The notes below the pieces were generated by a model. It did not search any database. It saw only the letters and a program-made list of their open reading frames with translations, and was not told the DNA's origin. Of a stretch of DNA of 64,000 bases, positions 24,554-37,532 are shown piece after piece. Made by a program: the position numbers and the translations under genes. Origin of the DNA: Lama glama (taxonomy: Eukaryota); assembly GCA_028534125.1 (NCBI GenBank), contig CM052818.1:29452001-29516000 (forward strand), in the 5' to 3' direction. Numbering within the stretch: position 1 is the first letter of the stretch; each line of letters starts with the position of its first letter.

Positions 24554-25035
24554 AGGTGTGTATGCAATAATGACCAAAAAGGAAATCTATTAAATTAGAA
24601 AAGAGACACTCATCAAGTTGTTCTTAGGCCAGTAATACCATAAGGAGGAAAGTCTTACATAAATAAAATCAACAGTAATTGGAAGCAGAGGAGCAGGTGG
24701 CCCAGCTAGTTCCACCTCAGGAGGAAGTCTGGGGGAAAGTTGGTAAGGACATAAGATCACTAGAGGAAGAACTTAGGTCAGATACAAAAGGGCCAAACTG
24801 GGACTGCGTGCTGGAGAACTGTGGAAACTCAGACCATTTATGTCACCTGCTGTGCCAAGATCGTTTTCACTAAAGACGGATTTATGACTATGAACATCGT
24901 TTCCCTTGTTCATTGTTACCATCACTGTAAGAAGGCTGGAAACAGGCTCGGTGGGCTTTGAGAAAGAGGGCAAGGTGAGGACGGAGGGAGGATGGGAAAG
25001 GGGGAAAAGGGAGGGAGAGTATACAGCTCTCCCTA

Positions 25036-25194
25036 CAGTCGTCCCTTGGTAACCCAGGGGGCTTGGTTCCAGGACCACCTCTCCCCTACTCCCTGAAGAT
25101 ATCATGGATGCTCAACTCCCTCAAATAAAATGGCACAGCACAGTCTGCCTTCCCTATTGCAGAAGTGGAACCTGCAGATACAGAAGGCTGACTA
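25036..25194. mobile_element. MER2-like Tigger MITE
   Basis: TA|cagtcgtcccttggta...ttggttccaggacc...ggatgctcaa...gatacagaaggctgacta|TA has imperfect terminal inverted repeats with TA flanks. Confidence 0.7.
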
Positions 25195-27113
25195 TAGCAA
25201 CTTGAAGACATTTATATTAGCTCCATGAAAATTTCTTCTCACTCCAAAACCTTTGAAGCAAACCAGAAATGTCAACAGACTAACATACATCACTTTTCCA
25301 TCTACTTAAAATAAAACATTGCAAGAAGCTGACACTCACGAGGCCCTAGGCACTGTACCAAACAAATTTCAAATTCAGCACGGTCCCCCACCCCAGCTCA
25401 AAACGCCTTTACGGTCTCATCCACCTTCACCTGTGGTTCTCACCCAGCACAAGCACGGCCATGTTCTGCCACGCCCCCGTCTTAGTTTCTTCCAGCCTTA
25501 GTGACCTCCCCACCCCATTAGCATCTTCCCCAAACTGCAGTTATTTGAAGGTAAATCTACTTCTACACGGCAAACTCAGAAGAGACAAGTAAAACCATTA
25601 AGAGTTAGTTCTAGTAAGACAGTAAATATTAAAAATAACCATCTTGCTCACAGCCGTATTCAATATAAAATACCATATACCAAATAAAATTCAATATAAA
25701 ATACCTCAGTGGAAAATTCAGTTCAAATGCAGAGCCTACACGAGGAACAACATACTATTTAACTATTTTGTGTCAAATTTGTAAAGAAAAGGAAAAAGGA
25801 AGGAGAGGAGGGACCCAGTCCCTGGGCTCTCTACCTCTAGTGGGAAGTACATCCTCTCTGAAACGTAAAGTAGAATGAACTCTGCAGGATGAATTGGGAA
25901 CCAGTCATTTCTCTTCTAAACATAATCACAGAGTCACATGAAGGTTTATGTTCAAGAGTGCCCCCCTAACAGCGTTTTACTTATAAAGGAAAGATAGAAA
26001 CTAACCTGAAAATCCAACTTGAGGGGAGATGGATAAATGAATTATCCCATATCCATTAACTGGGATTCTCTGTCAGCATTAGATTAATTTTTAGAAGATT
26101 ATTTTAGAAGATTATTTAATAATACATGTTACCTATTAAGTATAAAGACAGTTTTCACACCTATCTTTACAGTCTCATCCACCTCCACCTGTGGGTCTCA
26201 CCCAGCAAATATAATCTCAAATTTCTATATATGTAACTGGTAGGAAATACAGTAAAATATATCAATTTGGTAATTTATGTTTTTTATACATTTCTCTCAT
26301 TTCCAAACTTTAAATAAGTGTGAATTATTTTTATAAATAGGAAAGAATGTGATTTTTAAAAGAACATGTCTTTAAATGTCATCTGTGATTTTCTGATGAA
26401 ATAGGAACTTTCTCTCCTATGACACTGAATAGTGTTTCATTCATTTCTTACAGTACATGCTGCCTTCATGTTTTAATTATATGTGAGAACAGTGATCTTC
26501 ATAAGGGTAGGAACTGAGTTACCAAACTGTTTTTTCTGAGTACCCTCACTTAAACTGTCATTAAATATCTGTAAAGTGAGTGAAGGATGAATGGCACATG
26601 GTGAAAAAATTTATGTGGATGGGCTGCTTAATTACAATGGATAAAAAGAGTGGGTAACAGTTAATTACATAACATGAAGTTTTCTGAAAAGCTTTTCAAT
26701 ATCCTCAAACAAAAATAATGTATTATATATAAAATACCACACTCTAATATTGATTTCTGAAATTAAAAAAAACCTCAATCCTGATATGGACACTTTTTTT
26801 TTTTAAGTAGCACAGTAAGATCATGCTTTGGCATTTACCCCTGTTCCAAACATACTGCAATTATAAATTACAAAAGATTAAAAAAAAAAAAGCGATCAAC
26901 ATCTCAGTTGGTATAGAAATACATGGTAGCAGGTGGGCCACTGAACCTCTGGGTCTGCAGTCTAGAGAGGCAGCCAAGAGTTCAGCAACTGAGGGTAACA
27001 AACTAAATGTATCTATGCAAAAACACCTCTCCCTCAGCAACCGGAATTTGGCTAAACATCTCATCATGCTTAAAAAGGTAAATGAATGAATACATTAAAA
27101 AGTGAAACAAGGC

Positions 27114-27240
27114 TGGAGGGTTTGGCTCAGTGGCTGAGTCTGTGCCTAGCATGCATAAGGTTCCAGGTTCAATCCCCAGTACCTTCATTAAAAATATCCA
27201 CATACATACATACAAACCTAATTACTCCCCCCTTAAAAAA
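27114..27240 (+). mobile_element. tRNA-Ala-derived SINE (Vic-1-like)
   Basis: Reads ggagggtttggctcagtggctgag...cctagcatgcataaggttccaggttcaatccccagtacct with tail aaacctaattactccccc. Confidence 0.8.
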
Positions 27241-27279
27241 TTTTTTTTAAATGAAACAAGAACAGGTTAGTTATAAAAA

Positions 27280-27870
27280 AAATAATTAGAAATCTTAGAA
27301 ATGAAAAACAGTCTTAGAATGAAAAGTGTAAGAGACGGCATCAGGTCTGGGTAAGCATAGTAGAACAGCAATTAGAAGACTGGAAGATGGAACTGAGATA
27401 TTCATGTGTAAGGCAACAAAAAATGACAGGAGGATTAAAGCACAAATAGAGAGGCTCTAACACTTGTCTAAAAGGAGCTTCCCCTGAAGAGGATGGTGAA
27501 GAAGCAATATTTGAAGAGGTAATAGCTGATCATTTTTCAAAGTTGAGGAACGACCTGAGTCTTCAGATGGACAATGCACTCTGTCCACTGAGTGAAATCA
27601 AGACAGACCCAAATACAGATGTATCACAGTGAAACTACAAAACACAAAGAGCTCAGAGATGATCTCAAAAGAGAGAGGTCATCTACAGAGGTATCAAAAA
27701 GAAGTCAGAAAGACATTGGTATAACGTAATCAAGAGTATTGTCGGAAAATAACTGTCAACCTAGAATAGTACACCTGACTGGTCTCATTATAGAATGTGC
27801 TCCAAATAAAGATACTTTCAGACAGATACATACTTAGCAGTGATCCTCATTTAAAGAACCGTTAAAAGAT
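27280..27870 (+). mobile_element. Ancient L1 ORF1-region remnant
   Basis: gaagcaatatttgaagaggtaatagctga and gaaaataactgtcaacctagaat resemble L1 ORF1 motifs (EAIFEE.., .N.CQPRI). Confidence 0.6.
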
Positions 27871-27884
27871 GAGATCTCAAAATA

Positions 27885-28139
27885 CAGATTAGAAAATAAA
27901 AACACAGGATACCCTGTTCATGTGAAATTCAAAATTGGGGGGGGTTACTTATTTATTTTTAGAAGAGGTACTGGGGACTGAAGTCAGGACCTTGTGTATG
28001 CTAAGCATGCACTACTCTACCACTTGAGCTAGAACCTCCCCCTGTGAAATTCAAATTTAATGAACACTTTAATATATGTCCCCAATTATTTGCTGTTTAT
28101 CTGAAATTCAAATGTAACTGCATTTTAGCTGGCAATCCC
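27885..28139. mobile_element. MER53-like hAT MITE interrupted by a SINE
   Basis: aaaaacacaggatacc on the left and tgtttatctgaaattcaaatgtaactg...ctggcaatcc on the right resemble the palindromic MER53. Confidence 0.6.
27937..28042 (-). mobile_element. tRNA-Ala-derived SINE (Vic-1-like) with 13-bp TSD
   Basis: Reverse complement reads ggggaggttctagctcaagtggtagag...gcatgcttagcatacacaaggtcctg. TSD TGTGAAATTCAAA at 27921-27933 and 28043-28055. Confidence 0.85.
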
Positions 28140-31100
28140 ACCATGAAAAAAAACATGAACCCAGAAAGCAAGCAGAGGATACAAGAGACAATGCTGGGTG
28201 CAAAAACTGATAAAATGTCAGTAAATTCATTTCACTATTAACTGTATGAAAAAAAAAACCCCTCAATTTCCATTAACTATATTTTGAAAATAACTCTACA
28301 ATGATAATTCTTATCTAAGCCACAAATCCATTTTCTTTTCTAAATGCAGGAAGTTGTCATTAAGGGCCTTTGGACATCTCTGTGTTAAAAGAAATGGAAA
28401 TCCACTGTTTTCCCAGCATGAATCACAAAGCCTGTTTATTGTAAATGGCTCAAGCAATTAATTATAAGAGACTTGTCTTCAAGTGATGAATCACTTCATC
28501 TCACCCTACCTGTCCGTTTTAACCCAGCACTATGCCACAGGCCATGTTCTTACCCCCAGCCAAGCAGGTTTTCTGGAGTCTCACCTGCACTGCCTAGTCC
28601 CTTCAAAGTACTCAAAGACCAGTATTTCTCCATGTGCTCACCACACTGCAGTCACCAGAAATTTTTGGATAATCATTAGGAGGTCTGAAATGGAAACTAC
28701 AGTTCAGGCAAGCTCTTCATAACCAAAAAGTCCCACGATAGCTTCCTTATGTGGATTAATCAAGATTGGTGAGTTTCATTTAATGACAGAGATATGGCCC
28801 TGAAAAATAAAATCTCCATTTCCTCTTCTATGGTCCAAATAAAATTCAGTTTCAGATGCACTTTGGGGTGCTTTCTGTCAAAAGGGAGTCTGGCAGTGAG
28901 AGTTGTGGTCCTGAGCATGACTGTGTCTTAGTGTATCTGCTCTATAAATTTATTTTATTAAGGCAAAACAACCAGTGTCACAAAATGATGCCAAAAGAGA
29001 GTTATGTGGACAGCTCTTTCATATCTGCTTTAACGGGCTCATCTGGAGTCAGCTGAAATTCAGCTAGTTGGGCGAGTGAACAAAGCAAATTGCATCCTGC
29101 TGATTCGGACTGATTTAATTACACTAAATCCAAAGGGCAGGACCAATGTCTTACTCATCATTCAACACATATCCTCAGTCTGCAGCTCAGCAGTCCCTGC
29201 CAATTAATGTGTGTGGATTATTCAGTATTTTTAAAGATTTCAAGATTATTTATGAAAAAGGAATATACAAACACTGGATTCTAAAAGCATAGACATCTTC
29301 TAACTATGTATTTTGGCACTGCCTACAGCACCTTGGCACATGCTAAAAATATAGAAAACAGTAGGTTGATTTTATACCTATCAACTAATGAAAGAAGTAA
29401 ATTTTTTTTAACCATATCAAAAGAGATAATGCCTCTTTTTAAAAGCCACTTTTTAAACTGAAGTATAGTCGATTTACAATGTTGGGTTAATTTTTGATAC
29501 TTTCTTTTAATAAAAGATTTCACTAAATAGATTGGTCCCAAAATATTTTCACGACCAAATTCTAGTGTTAAAACTTAGATTTACACCTAATTTCATTTTT
29601 ATTTTTTTTCAGATTTACACCTAATTTTAAAGAACTCATTCATGCCATGGCAATGTTATGAGCGTGTGAGAGTACTCAAAATGCAGGGAAGCCGTGTGAA
29701 AGTAGGAGTTCCTGTTATCATTTCCATGCGGTATTACTTCATTTAATTCCAGTTCTACATCAAACCTTTAGCATAATAATCAAATGACAAATAACTGCTC
29801 TAGCTCCACCAGGAAATTTAATTGTATTGTTTGTTATGATAAATGAAGCAAATTACAACAATCCCATAATGTTGAGCATAGTGAGGGCAGGTTTTAGAGC
29901 TCCATGTGTGTATATGTAATAAATCATTCCTTTGAAAAGATAATTGCAGCACCGCTAGAGAGGAGGGGAGGAAAAAAACCCCAACTTGGAGGGCAATTAT
30001 GTGAAAGCTCCTCAAATTAACTTTGCACAGTTGGTTCTTTGTTACGAGTACCCATTATGGAAAGTTGTTTCAGGACATTAATTCACTTAGTTGAAGGAAA
30101 TAATGTAATTCTAGTTACTAATCACTTTAATTTTAAATGTGCTTTGTAAACTGAGAAGACATTAAACTCTAAGAACAATGTGGAACGCACAAGTAATTAG
30201 ATGGTTAATGGGCTCCTTTTGAAAAACTTCAGCATAACATCAGAACGCTTCAAGGCTCTAGGAAAAACCAAGGTTACGTGTAATGTGAGAAAGTTCTATC
30301 CAGTTTTAGGGGCCAGTAATATGACAAAGGGAGTGAAATTAAGCCCTTTTCTCAAAAGCAATTTTAACAGATTATGATGAATGAAATCAGATTATTTTAT
30401 GAGTCAATATTTTCTGTAGTGTAATTTAGCAGTGCCTTCTTGAGGCACCAAGAAATGGAATTTTCTGTGATACTTCACTCCAGAATCCATGCCAAAAAGT
30501 ACAACAGTTTTGCAAATATCCTCCTGAGACAAACCTAAGCCAGGGTTTAGAGATACTGAGCATCAGTGCAACTGACTGAGGCGGAACCATTTGTATGCTC
30601 AGTATGAACAAAACTTGCCAAGGGTCACTCCATTCCAGCCATGTCAGAAGAAGGAAAATGCAAAAAAACTCGAGGAATTATTTAAAGGATTATTTAAAAA
30701 TTATTTAAAGAATTCTCCATTTTATTTTGCTAAATGAAATAGCAAATGATTACTTGCAATTTTTCACTTCCATGGTGGTGTTTTTATGAATACAGACTGT
30801 TAGAACCTTGAACCAGCCAGAAGAAGGAATATATTAGATAATCATCCTTTCTTATTAAATAAAACCAAATTAATTGCTTTCACTTCTACTAGTTCTCACA
30901 ACAGATGGCATATCTTCTGTTCTCATGAGCTAGTATCTACATTAGTAATACTTCACAGACATACACAAAATTGGTAAAGGAAGCCATGCTGCACACAGAG
31001 ACAGAGGAGGTGTAGGACTTCAATCCTGCCCGGCCCTCTTAATTATCTGTGTGACTTTAGCAAAGTTACTTACTTTCTCAGTTTGTAATGGCAATTAAAA

Positions 31101-33330
31101 ATGTCCAAATCCCACCCTACCCCCAAAATATGTATATGCATCATCATTTGACATTCAGAGAAATTAGGAGCACCTGACATTCTAGAGTGTATCTAACATT
31201 AGCCATGCAGGATTAGAATGGTAAAGAGTAAGGGTCCGCCTCTCTCTATAGCTTAATGGAGCAAGCAGATATGCCCGATCACAGGGACACTTCAGGAAAC
31301 TACATGTCTGGGATCTAAAACTTGTGTGACAGACCACACATACAGCGATTTCTCTCTCCTCACTCACAACCTCTATCCCAGATGACAGAGAAACACTGGC
31401 AGCAGAGAACAGGAAAGTCCCTACAGAGTCATATAACAGGATAGCACAGGACAGAAGTTCTAGAAGTTTCCTGGAGCATCCCTATTCAGGATCTGCTGGA
31501 TCACCTCTAAGTGCTGAAGGCTCAGTACTTCCTCAGGTGTTTCACTAGCGTCAGGCAAGTGTATTCCACAGAAAAGCTTTGCTGGTTGTTGTTATAAATA
31601 TGCCTCCTTATAACTCCATCCTACTGACTTTGGCTTTTGAAGCAACTCATAAAAGTCTTGTTTCGTCACACAGTTGATCATTTATTTAAAGACATGTTTA
31701 CAAGGCAGCTATTACTTCTCCTTGGTCTGCACTTCTCCAAGCTAAACATCCTCCTGTTTCCAGGCCCTTCCCAGGCCTGGCTGATCTTATCAACCAAAAG
31801 ACAATGAACACCAAGTACTCAAACACCAAAAACCCAAACCCCAAATTCAGCCTGACTGGCACAGTACAAGGTCATTACGGCCAATGCCCTGCTCATTCTG
31901 TTTCTACTAATGCATCCTAACAATGAGTTAGAGCTTTTCGTATAGATTTTTACCCAACATTGGTGAAACAACTTGGTTCACAAGGTAGAATATATAACAT
32001 TTAGCCATCAATTCATTCTTCCATCCATTTAATTCAAACTTCCATCCACATAATATGATCTTTCAATGGTATCATAAATTCTACTGATTCTTGCATAATG
32101 TTGCAAGAACTACTCCCACATACCTAGCGCTACTACAGGTTTGCAGATATTTCTCAAAAAGCATCTTGGACACCCTCTCCTTGAGCAGTTAATTCTAACT
32201 TTGCCATCACACTCTCATCTACGATTTGAAGGCAAAACTTTTTAAAGAATGGTATGCCCACGTGCATTTAAAAGAAGATTCCTTTTAAGTCAGCAAAAGC
32301 TCTACAAATCATACTAGTTACATGGATGCAGTACGGAAGAAACAACTTGAAAAAATTCTTAGGCAATTAACATATTCCTTTGACATGAGCCATTTTAATA
32401 GGGATTAATCTCTATCTGTTAATGTCACCTTAATCTACTCTATCCTATGAATACATAGAGAGCCTCAGACCACAAGTCAGAGGACATGTGCTGTGTTCTC
32501 GACATGGATTTTCATTCAATAACACTCTTGGAGGCTCTTTCTCTGCTTACTTCAGTGTACACATATTTCCAAGTTAGTAACACCACCACCTTCATCCTAG
32601 ACATGTACAGGGAAATTAGGAGCATTAATTGGACACCTCTCAAAGTAACTGAAACAAAATTTGATACCATATACGGGTACTAAGCTAGGCATTGGTAAAT
32701 GTGAGTTACAACCTCAGCTCTGTTTAGCCACTGGGAAGTCATTCAGCCAGTCTGGGCTTGGATGTTCTTATTTGTAAAGAAGAGACACTGAACTAGATGA
32801 TCTCTGAAGATCATCTCCTGTATGTTTCAATATATTCTGAACAAGAGCACTCAGGTACCTTTAATTACATAGTTTTACATTATTGACTAAGACATGTGTG
32901 TCTATTCTAATATCTGAGATTTCAAGGTAGCCAGCAACATTCTGATGAGGAAAAAAGGGAACTCTGCTGCCCAATCGTATGCTGGTAAAGAGGTGGTACT
33001 TCTAGGTACATGTATGTGCTCATGTGTGCACACAACCATGTGTGGATTTGAGGTGACTAGCATGGAGCCCACAGGGAGCTCCAGAATGTAATCCTATCTT
33101 CCATGGATTGCATCACCAATAGAAGGCAACAGGTTTCATAAAGGTTAAATAGTGGTGAAGCAATTCAAGCAACCATACATTAAACTTCTATTTCCTAAAG
33201 GAGTGAGCAGGTGGTGGTTCACTGTGTGACCATCACATGCTGGGCTAATGAGCAAAACGGGGCAAACAACTCAGCTTTCTAAAAAGCAAAGCTGTTGAGC
33301 TCATATACCCACGAATTCAGTTAAGCTTAC

Positions 33331-33402
33331 CTTGACAAAAGGTGTTGTTAACCCGCTTATAACCTTGTAGGCATTCCATCATTTGGCTATATCCGTGATA
33401 AG
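33331..33402 (-). CDS. LTBP1: LTBP1 internal exon (72 nt, phase 1-1): (T)YHGYSQMMECLQGYKRVNNTFCQ
   Basis: Found by reading the sequence; not in the ORF track. Acceptor is tttcttcttgacag|CTTATCAC and donor is CAAG|gtaag. Joins the previous and next exons in frame and carries an NNT sequon. Confidence 0.95.
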
Positions 33403-33739
33403 CTGTCAAGAAGAAAGAATTCTGTTACACACTCGGTTTAAGTTCCTACAACCCTAAATGGCTATATGCAATGACCAAAGCCACATAAAGCATCAGTGAC
33501 CTTACTCATTTCTAAGATACCAAGCCAATGTCTATCAATTTCTTCTACATTTTCCTTGTTTTTCAGTATGCTTCATATTTTGTAAGATAAAAATCCCAAT
33601 TAGTTGTAACTCTTGATTAATTCAACGAATCATAAAATTGTTCTATATTTTGCTCAAATTAGTGTTTATTTATATCACAAAAAAACACAATTCCCCTCCA
33701 ATGATTAACTACAGGCAGCTGAATTTTCTTCTAACAGAC

Positions 33740-33872
33740 AGGGTGACTATACATCATGGTCTGCCTGGGACAATCTATGGTCATAATCTGTTGTTCCAGC
33801 AAAGTTCCTTAATAACACTCCATTTCACTCCCAAAAGGGTTCCAGTTGAGACAACAAATTATACGCTCGCCT
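33740..33872. mobile_element. MER81/MER94-like hAT-Blackjack MITE
   Basis: agggtgactata...gcctgggaca...aaattatacgctcgcct forms imperfect terminal inverted repeats. Confidence 0.5.
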
Positions 33873-36800
33873 CAATTACAGGCTCACATACTCCAGTTAA
33901 GAGCAATTATTCTTCCTACCATAAGGCTGGAAAGAACAGAAGGTGATGAGCGGAAGCTGGGAGATGTAAGGGCTGCTGTGATCAGCTGTACGGTTCACCA
34001 CTGAGAAAACTCACCCACAATACAAATGATGCAGTCACCAATTTATCATTTAAAAAAATTTTTGTAGGATCAAAAGTCCTAGTCAAATTTTGACTTCCTA
34101 AAGTGACACCTGATAGACTTCTTGGCGTAAGTCCTGGGACCAAGTTGACCACATCTTGACTCTGCCTATCAATAGCTCTGCAACCTTGAGAAACAAGGTT
34201 TCAAATGGAATCCTGCACCTTGAGAATGCTCCGATCTACCACACAGCTCAGGGTTGCTGTGCAGCGTCAAGATCATTTAGGCAAAATGCCTACTGTAGTG
34301 TTTGACAAACACAAGCACTCACTAAGTGACATACATCACTGTTTCCTGAAGTAAGGTGTTCTTTTATTAAGATAATGAGTAACAGAAGATGGACGGTAAT
34401 GAAAACAGGAGGGAGGGTTAGACCACGGAAAAGACCTGAACAAGAAGTAAAAAAAGAAAGTTGCAAGTAACAAGGAAATTTTCTTTTGGAAAATACAATT
34501 ATCTTGCCCCTAACACATGTTTTTTATTCTCTCTGCTCATCAACAGGGTGTTTACCAGTGGCGTTCCTCTCCTCATTTACTTCCTTCTCTGCCATACTTC
34601 CCTTGTGGGAAAATGGCTAAAGTGAGGGGTCTGGGAATGGTGGGTTAAAGAAAGAGAGGTTGGTACATGGGGAGTCGCCCATGCAGCCCTTGGCCACATG
34701 AGTAGTCTTGTCCCATGTAACAAGGACACTCTGTATGTAGCAGGTGACCTACAGAGATTGTGGGATCTCTGTCTGAAATGTTCAAAGGCAAAGAGAGATC
34801 ATATCTTGTTTAAAAATTAACAGTCATCTACTCCAAGTCAGGAAGCCAGACCAGATGATCTCTTAAAGTTCCTCCATTTAGGATTTGATGTTAATTCTTT
34901 CTAAAAACTTTTAAAGGACAAGCGACTTGTTCACACTAAGTACATTTTTAACAGATTACAGACTATTTAATGAAATCATCTGCAGATTTAAAATTAAGTT
35001 TTCACAGTAAGAACTGATCAACAATGAAAGGCCTTTCTGTATACGGCTAAACAAAAACTTCAAACATTAAATAAAAGCCACTTGAAAACGAAAGTTTGAA
35101 CTACTTTGAGTTAAAAAAAAAAAAAAGGCAAGGAACACAAAACTCCAGCTTATAAAGCCAAGGAAAGTCTGCTTTCTTCCAAAATGAGTCTGATTTAGAC
35201 AGTAGTACCAACCAAGGAAAGGAAAGTTTTTTAAATGACACAGGAAGTATGTGACCCTGAGTGTGTGTCATAGGATGGCACAAATGCAGTAAATGTCAAG
35301 ATGTTAATAGTTCACTTCATTAGAATTAATCTCTTCAATTTTACACATTAAATGAACCAACATATGAATATATTTTCACCAACGTCTAGTAAAAGGGATA
35401 GCAACTTTGTACTTTCACGTTTGAGTTGAAATTACCAACATTAAAACACAGAGCTAACAGAACCACATAAAACAGTGAATTTATCCCCAAATGATATAAT
35501 TCTAGATAAAAATGACAAAAGGTCAAGAGTAAAAGTTAGAGATTAAAAAACAAAAACAAAACAAAAAACGTTAACATTTATGGTTCCCTTTACTCCTGAT
35601 TTCTGTCCCTGTTTGCAACTTTGGGATTTGGAAATAAGAGGAAAGAGAAGAAGCAAATAAGCAAAAGATACACAGAGAAGGGGAGAAATGGAAAAGAAAA
35701 ATAAGAGATAAAATGGAAAAAGTATTAGAGAACATAAATGTAGCCTCAAAACCAAGTCGTAAGAATTAGACTCTTCAAGCCCTTAGACTTAGCTGTGGGA
35801 AACACATATCCTTCAGAATATTCCTAAAGACAAACTTAACCAAAACAGGAAGGGTAGACATTTTTAAAAAGGCAATGATTTTTCAACATTTTGGATACAG
35901 ACTCGTTTCATGATCCGTAAGTCTCAACAGCAAGTGACAGAGCTGGGAGTCAAACTCAGGTCTACCTAACTCCAAACTCCATGCTCTTGAAATCATATCT
36001 AATGTCTCCCAGATGTCCCTTTGGTCAGGCAGCCACAATAATTTTAGGCAAGTGGATATTTCAGTGAGGAGGGACCATCACACTCAACCCACTGGGGGGG
36101 AAATCCACATTGCCAATCACTATTGAATCTTGTACAAAGTCCATTGGGGACACTGTCTCAGTACTGAATGTCCTTATTTATGTGGCTTTTTCCGCCTAAA
36201 TGAAGAATTCATTAATTATCAGAAACTTTAGTAGGTATTTCCAAAAGCTGTTTCTCCACAAGAAGATAGGAGCAATTATTAACAAAATAAGTGAAATTAA
36301 CTTTAGACAATGAAAGATTTAGAGAACATGTAAGTTTGTGAGACAAGGAAGTCCAAATTAGAGACACTTATTTAACACAAATTATGATGATGATGGAAGA
36401 ATAGTATATGAGACAGACTTATGGGAGTGGTGATTCCAAGATGGCAGATTCTAGGTTGAACAGTATTTTTTAAAAGGCAGTTGAGACTATCAATCAAATC
36501 AATAGAAGTTTAAAGAAGGGTAAAATAAAAAATATCCAACTGAAGCAAATGAGAAATTCCTTGCAGCACAAACTATAAAAAACAGCTATAAAAATCTTCA
36601 ATTAAATAAAGCAAAAGGTGATAGAAAAAACTATTACTTGCTTTCTTAGGAAAAATGTGATGTATAAGAGGGAAAAAAGTCAACATAAAACAAATTACTT
36701 CTGTATTTCAAAAAAATATTAGGAATCAGTTATCCAGCGTTCACACTATATTCAGAAATTTGGGGGAAAGTCATAGAAAGATGTAAATCTAGGCTTCTTC

Positions 36801-37429
36801 ACATCAACAGGTTCTCAAAAGCAGATTTTATAGACTAATCAATGCATATGGGTGTCGACAGAGTTTCATGTCATGAAAAGTGGGATAATTGAACAGTAGC
36901 GAGTAAGAGGAAAAGGGGAAAGCACTGTCCTGGTGATTAAAAATTTCTCTTTCACACATCAGCAATCATTCATTTCTCCATTTTAGCTTTTCTTTCAGTG
37001 AAGTCTAAAAACCTACAAGAGAAGTGGTGGACATTAATAAAAACTTAATTTAAGTAATGTAACATAAGAAATAATGGCACTGACTTGTTCCAGGGTTTGA
37101 AGCATTTAATTATCACTTTAGAAGAGATCTTATTTTTCTTTCCCCTGAGGAAATACAGCCTATTTTAACACACTGCCTCTGAAAAGACTTTTTCAAAAAT
37201 AAGTCATCCAACTGGACAAGGCAACTGATAGCTATGTCTATTAAAAAACAGAATCAATATGAAAGCTTTCTCAGACTTGCAAGGTTTCTGGAAATGCAAA
37301 TTATCACACTAAATTCTACAATTCTGAGTGATTTCTTTGAAAGTCTAATGTTGTTTCACCATTAAAAGTCACCATAAGGAAACAGAGGCGCAACAGTAAC
37401 CTGCAAAGGAATGATGGAACAACACTTAC

Positions 37430-37532
37430 TCGGCTTCTTGGGGCATTTCTGGCATTTGTGGAAGCCCCAGGAGGTGCCCACGGTTCCACAGCAGTCCTCT
37501 TGCTTTGAAAGGCCAGGGAGCGCCTTGCCACA
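37430..37532 (-). CDS. LTBP1: LTBP1 internal exon (103 nt, phase 0-1): hybrid/TB-like domain [34 protein letters not shown]
   Basis: Acceptor is cattgcag|TGTGGC and donor is CCGA|gtaagt. Shows the CC..G.SWG..C..CP pattern of the LTBP hybrid domain. Confidence 0.96.
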
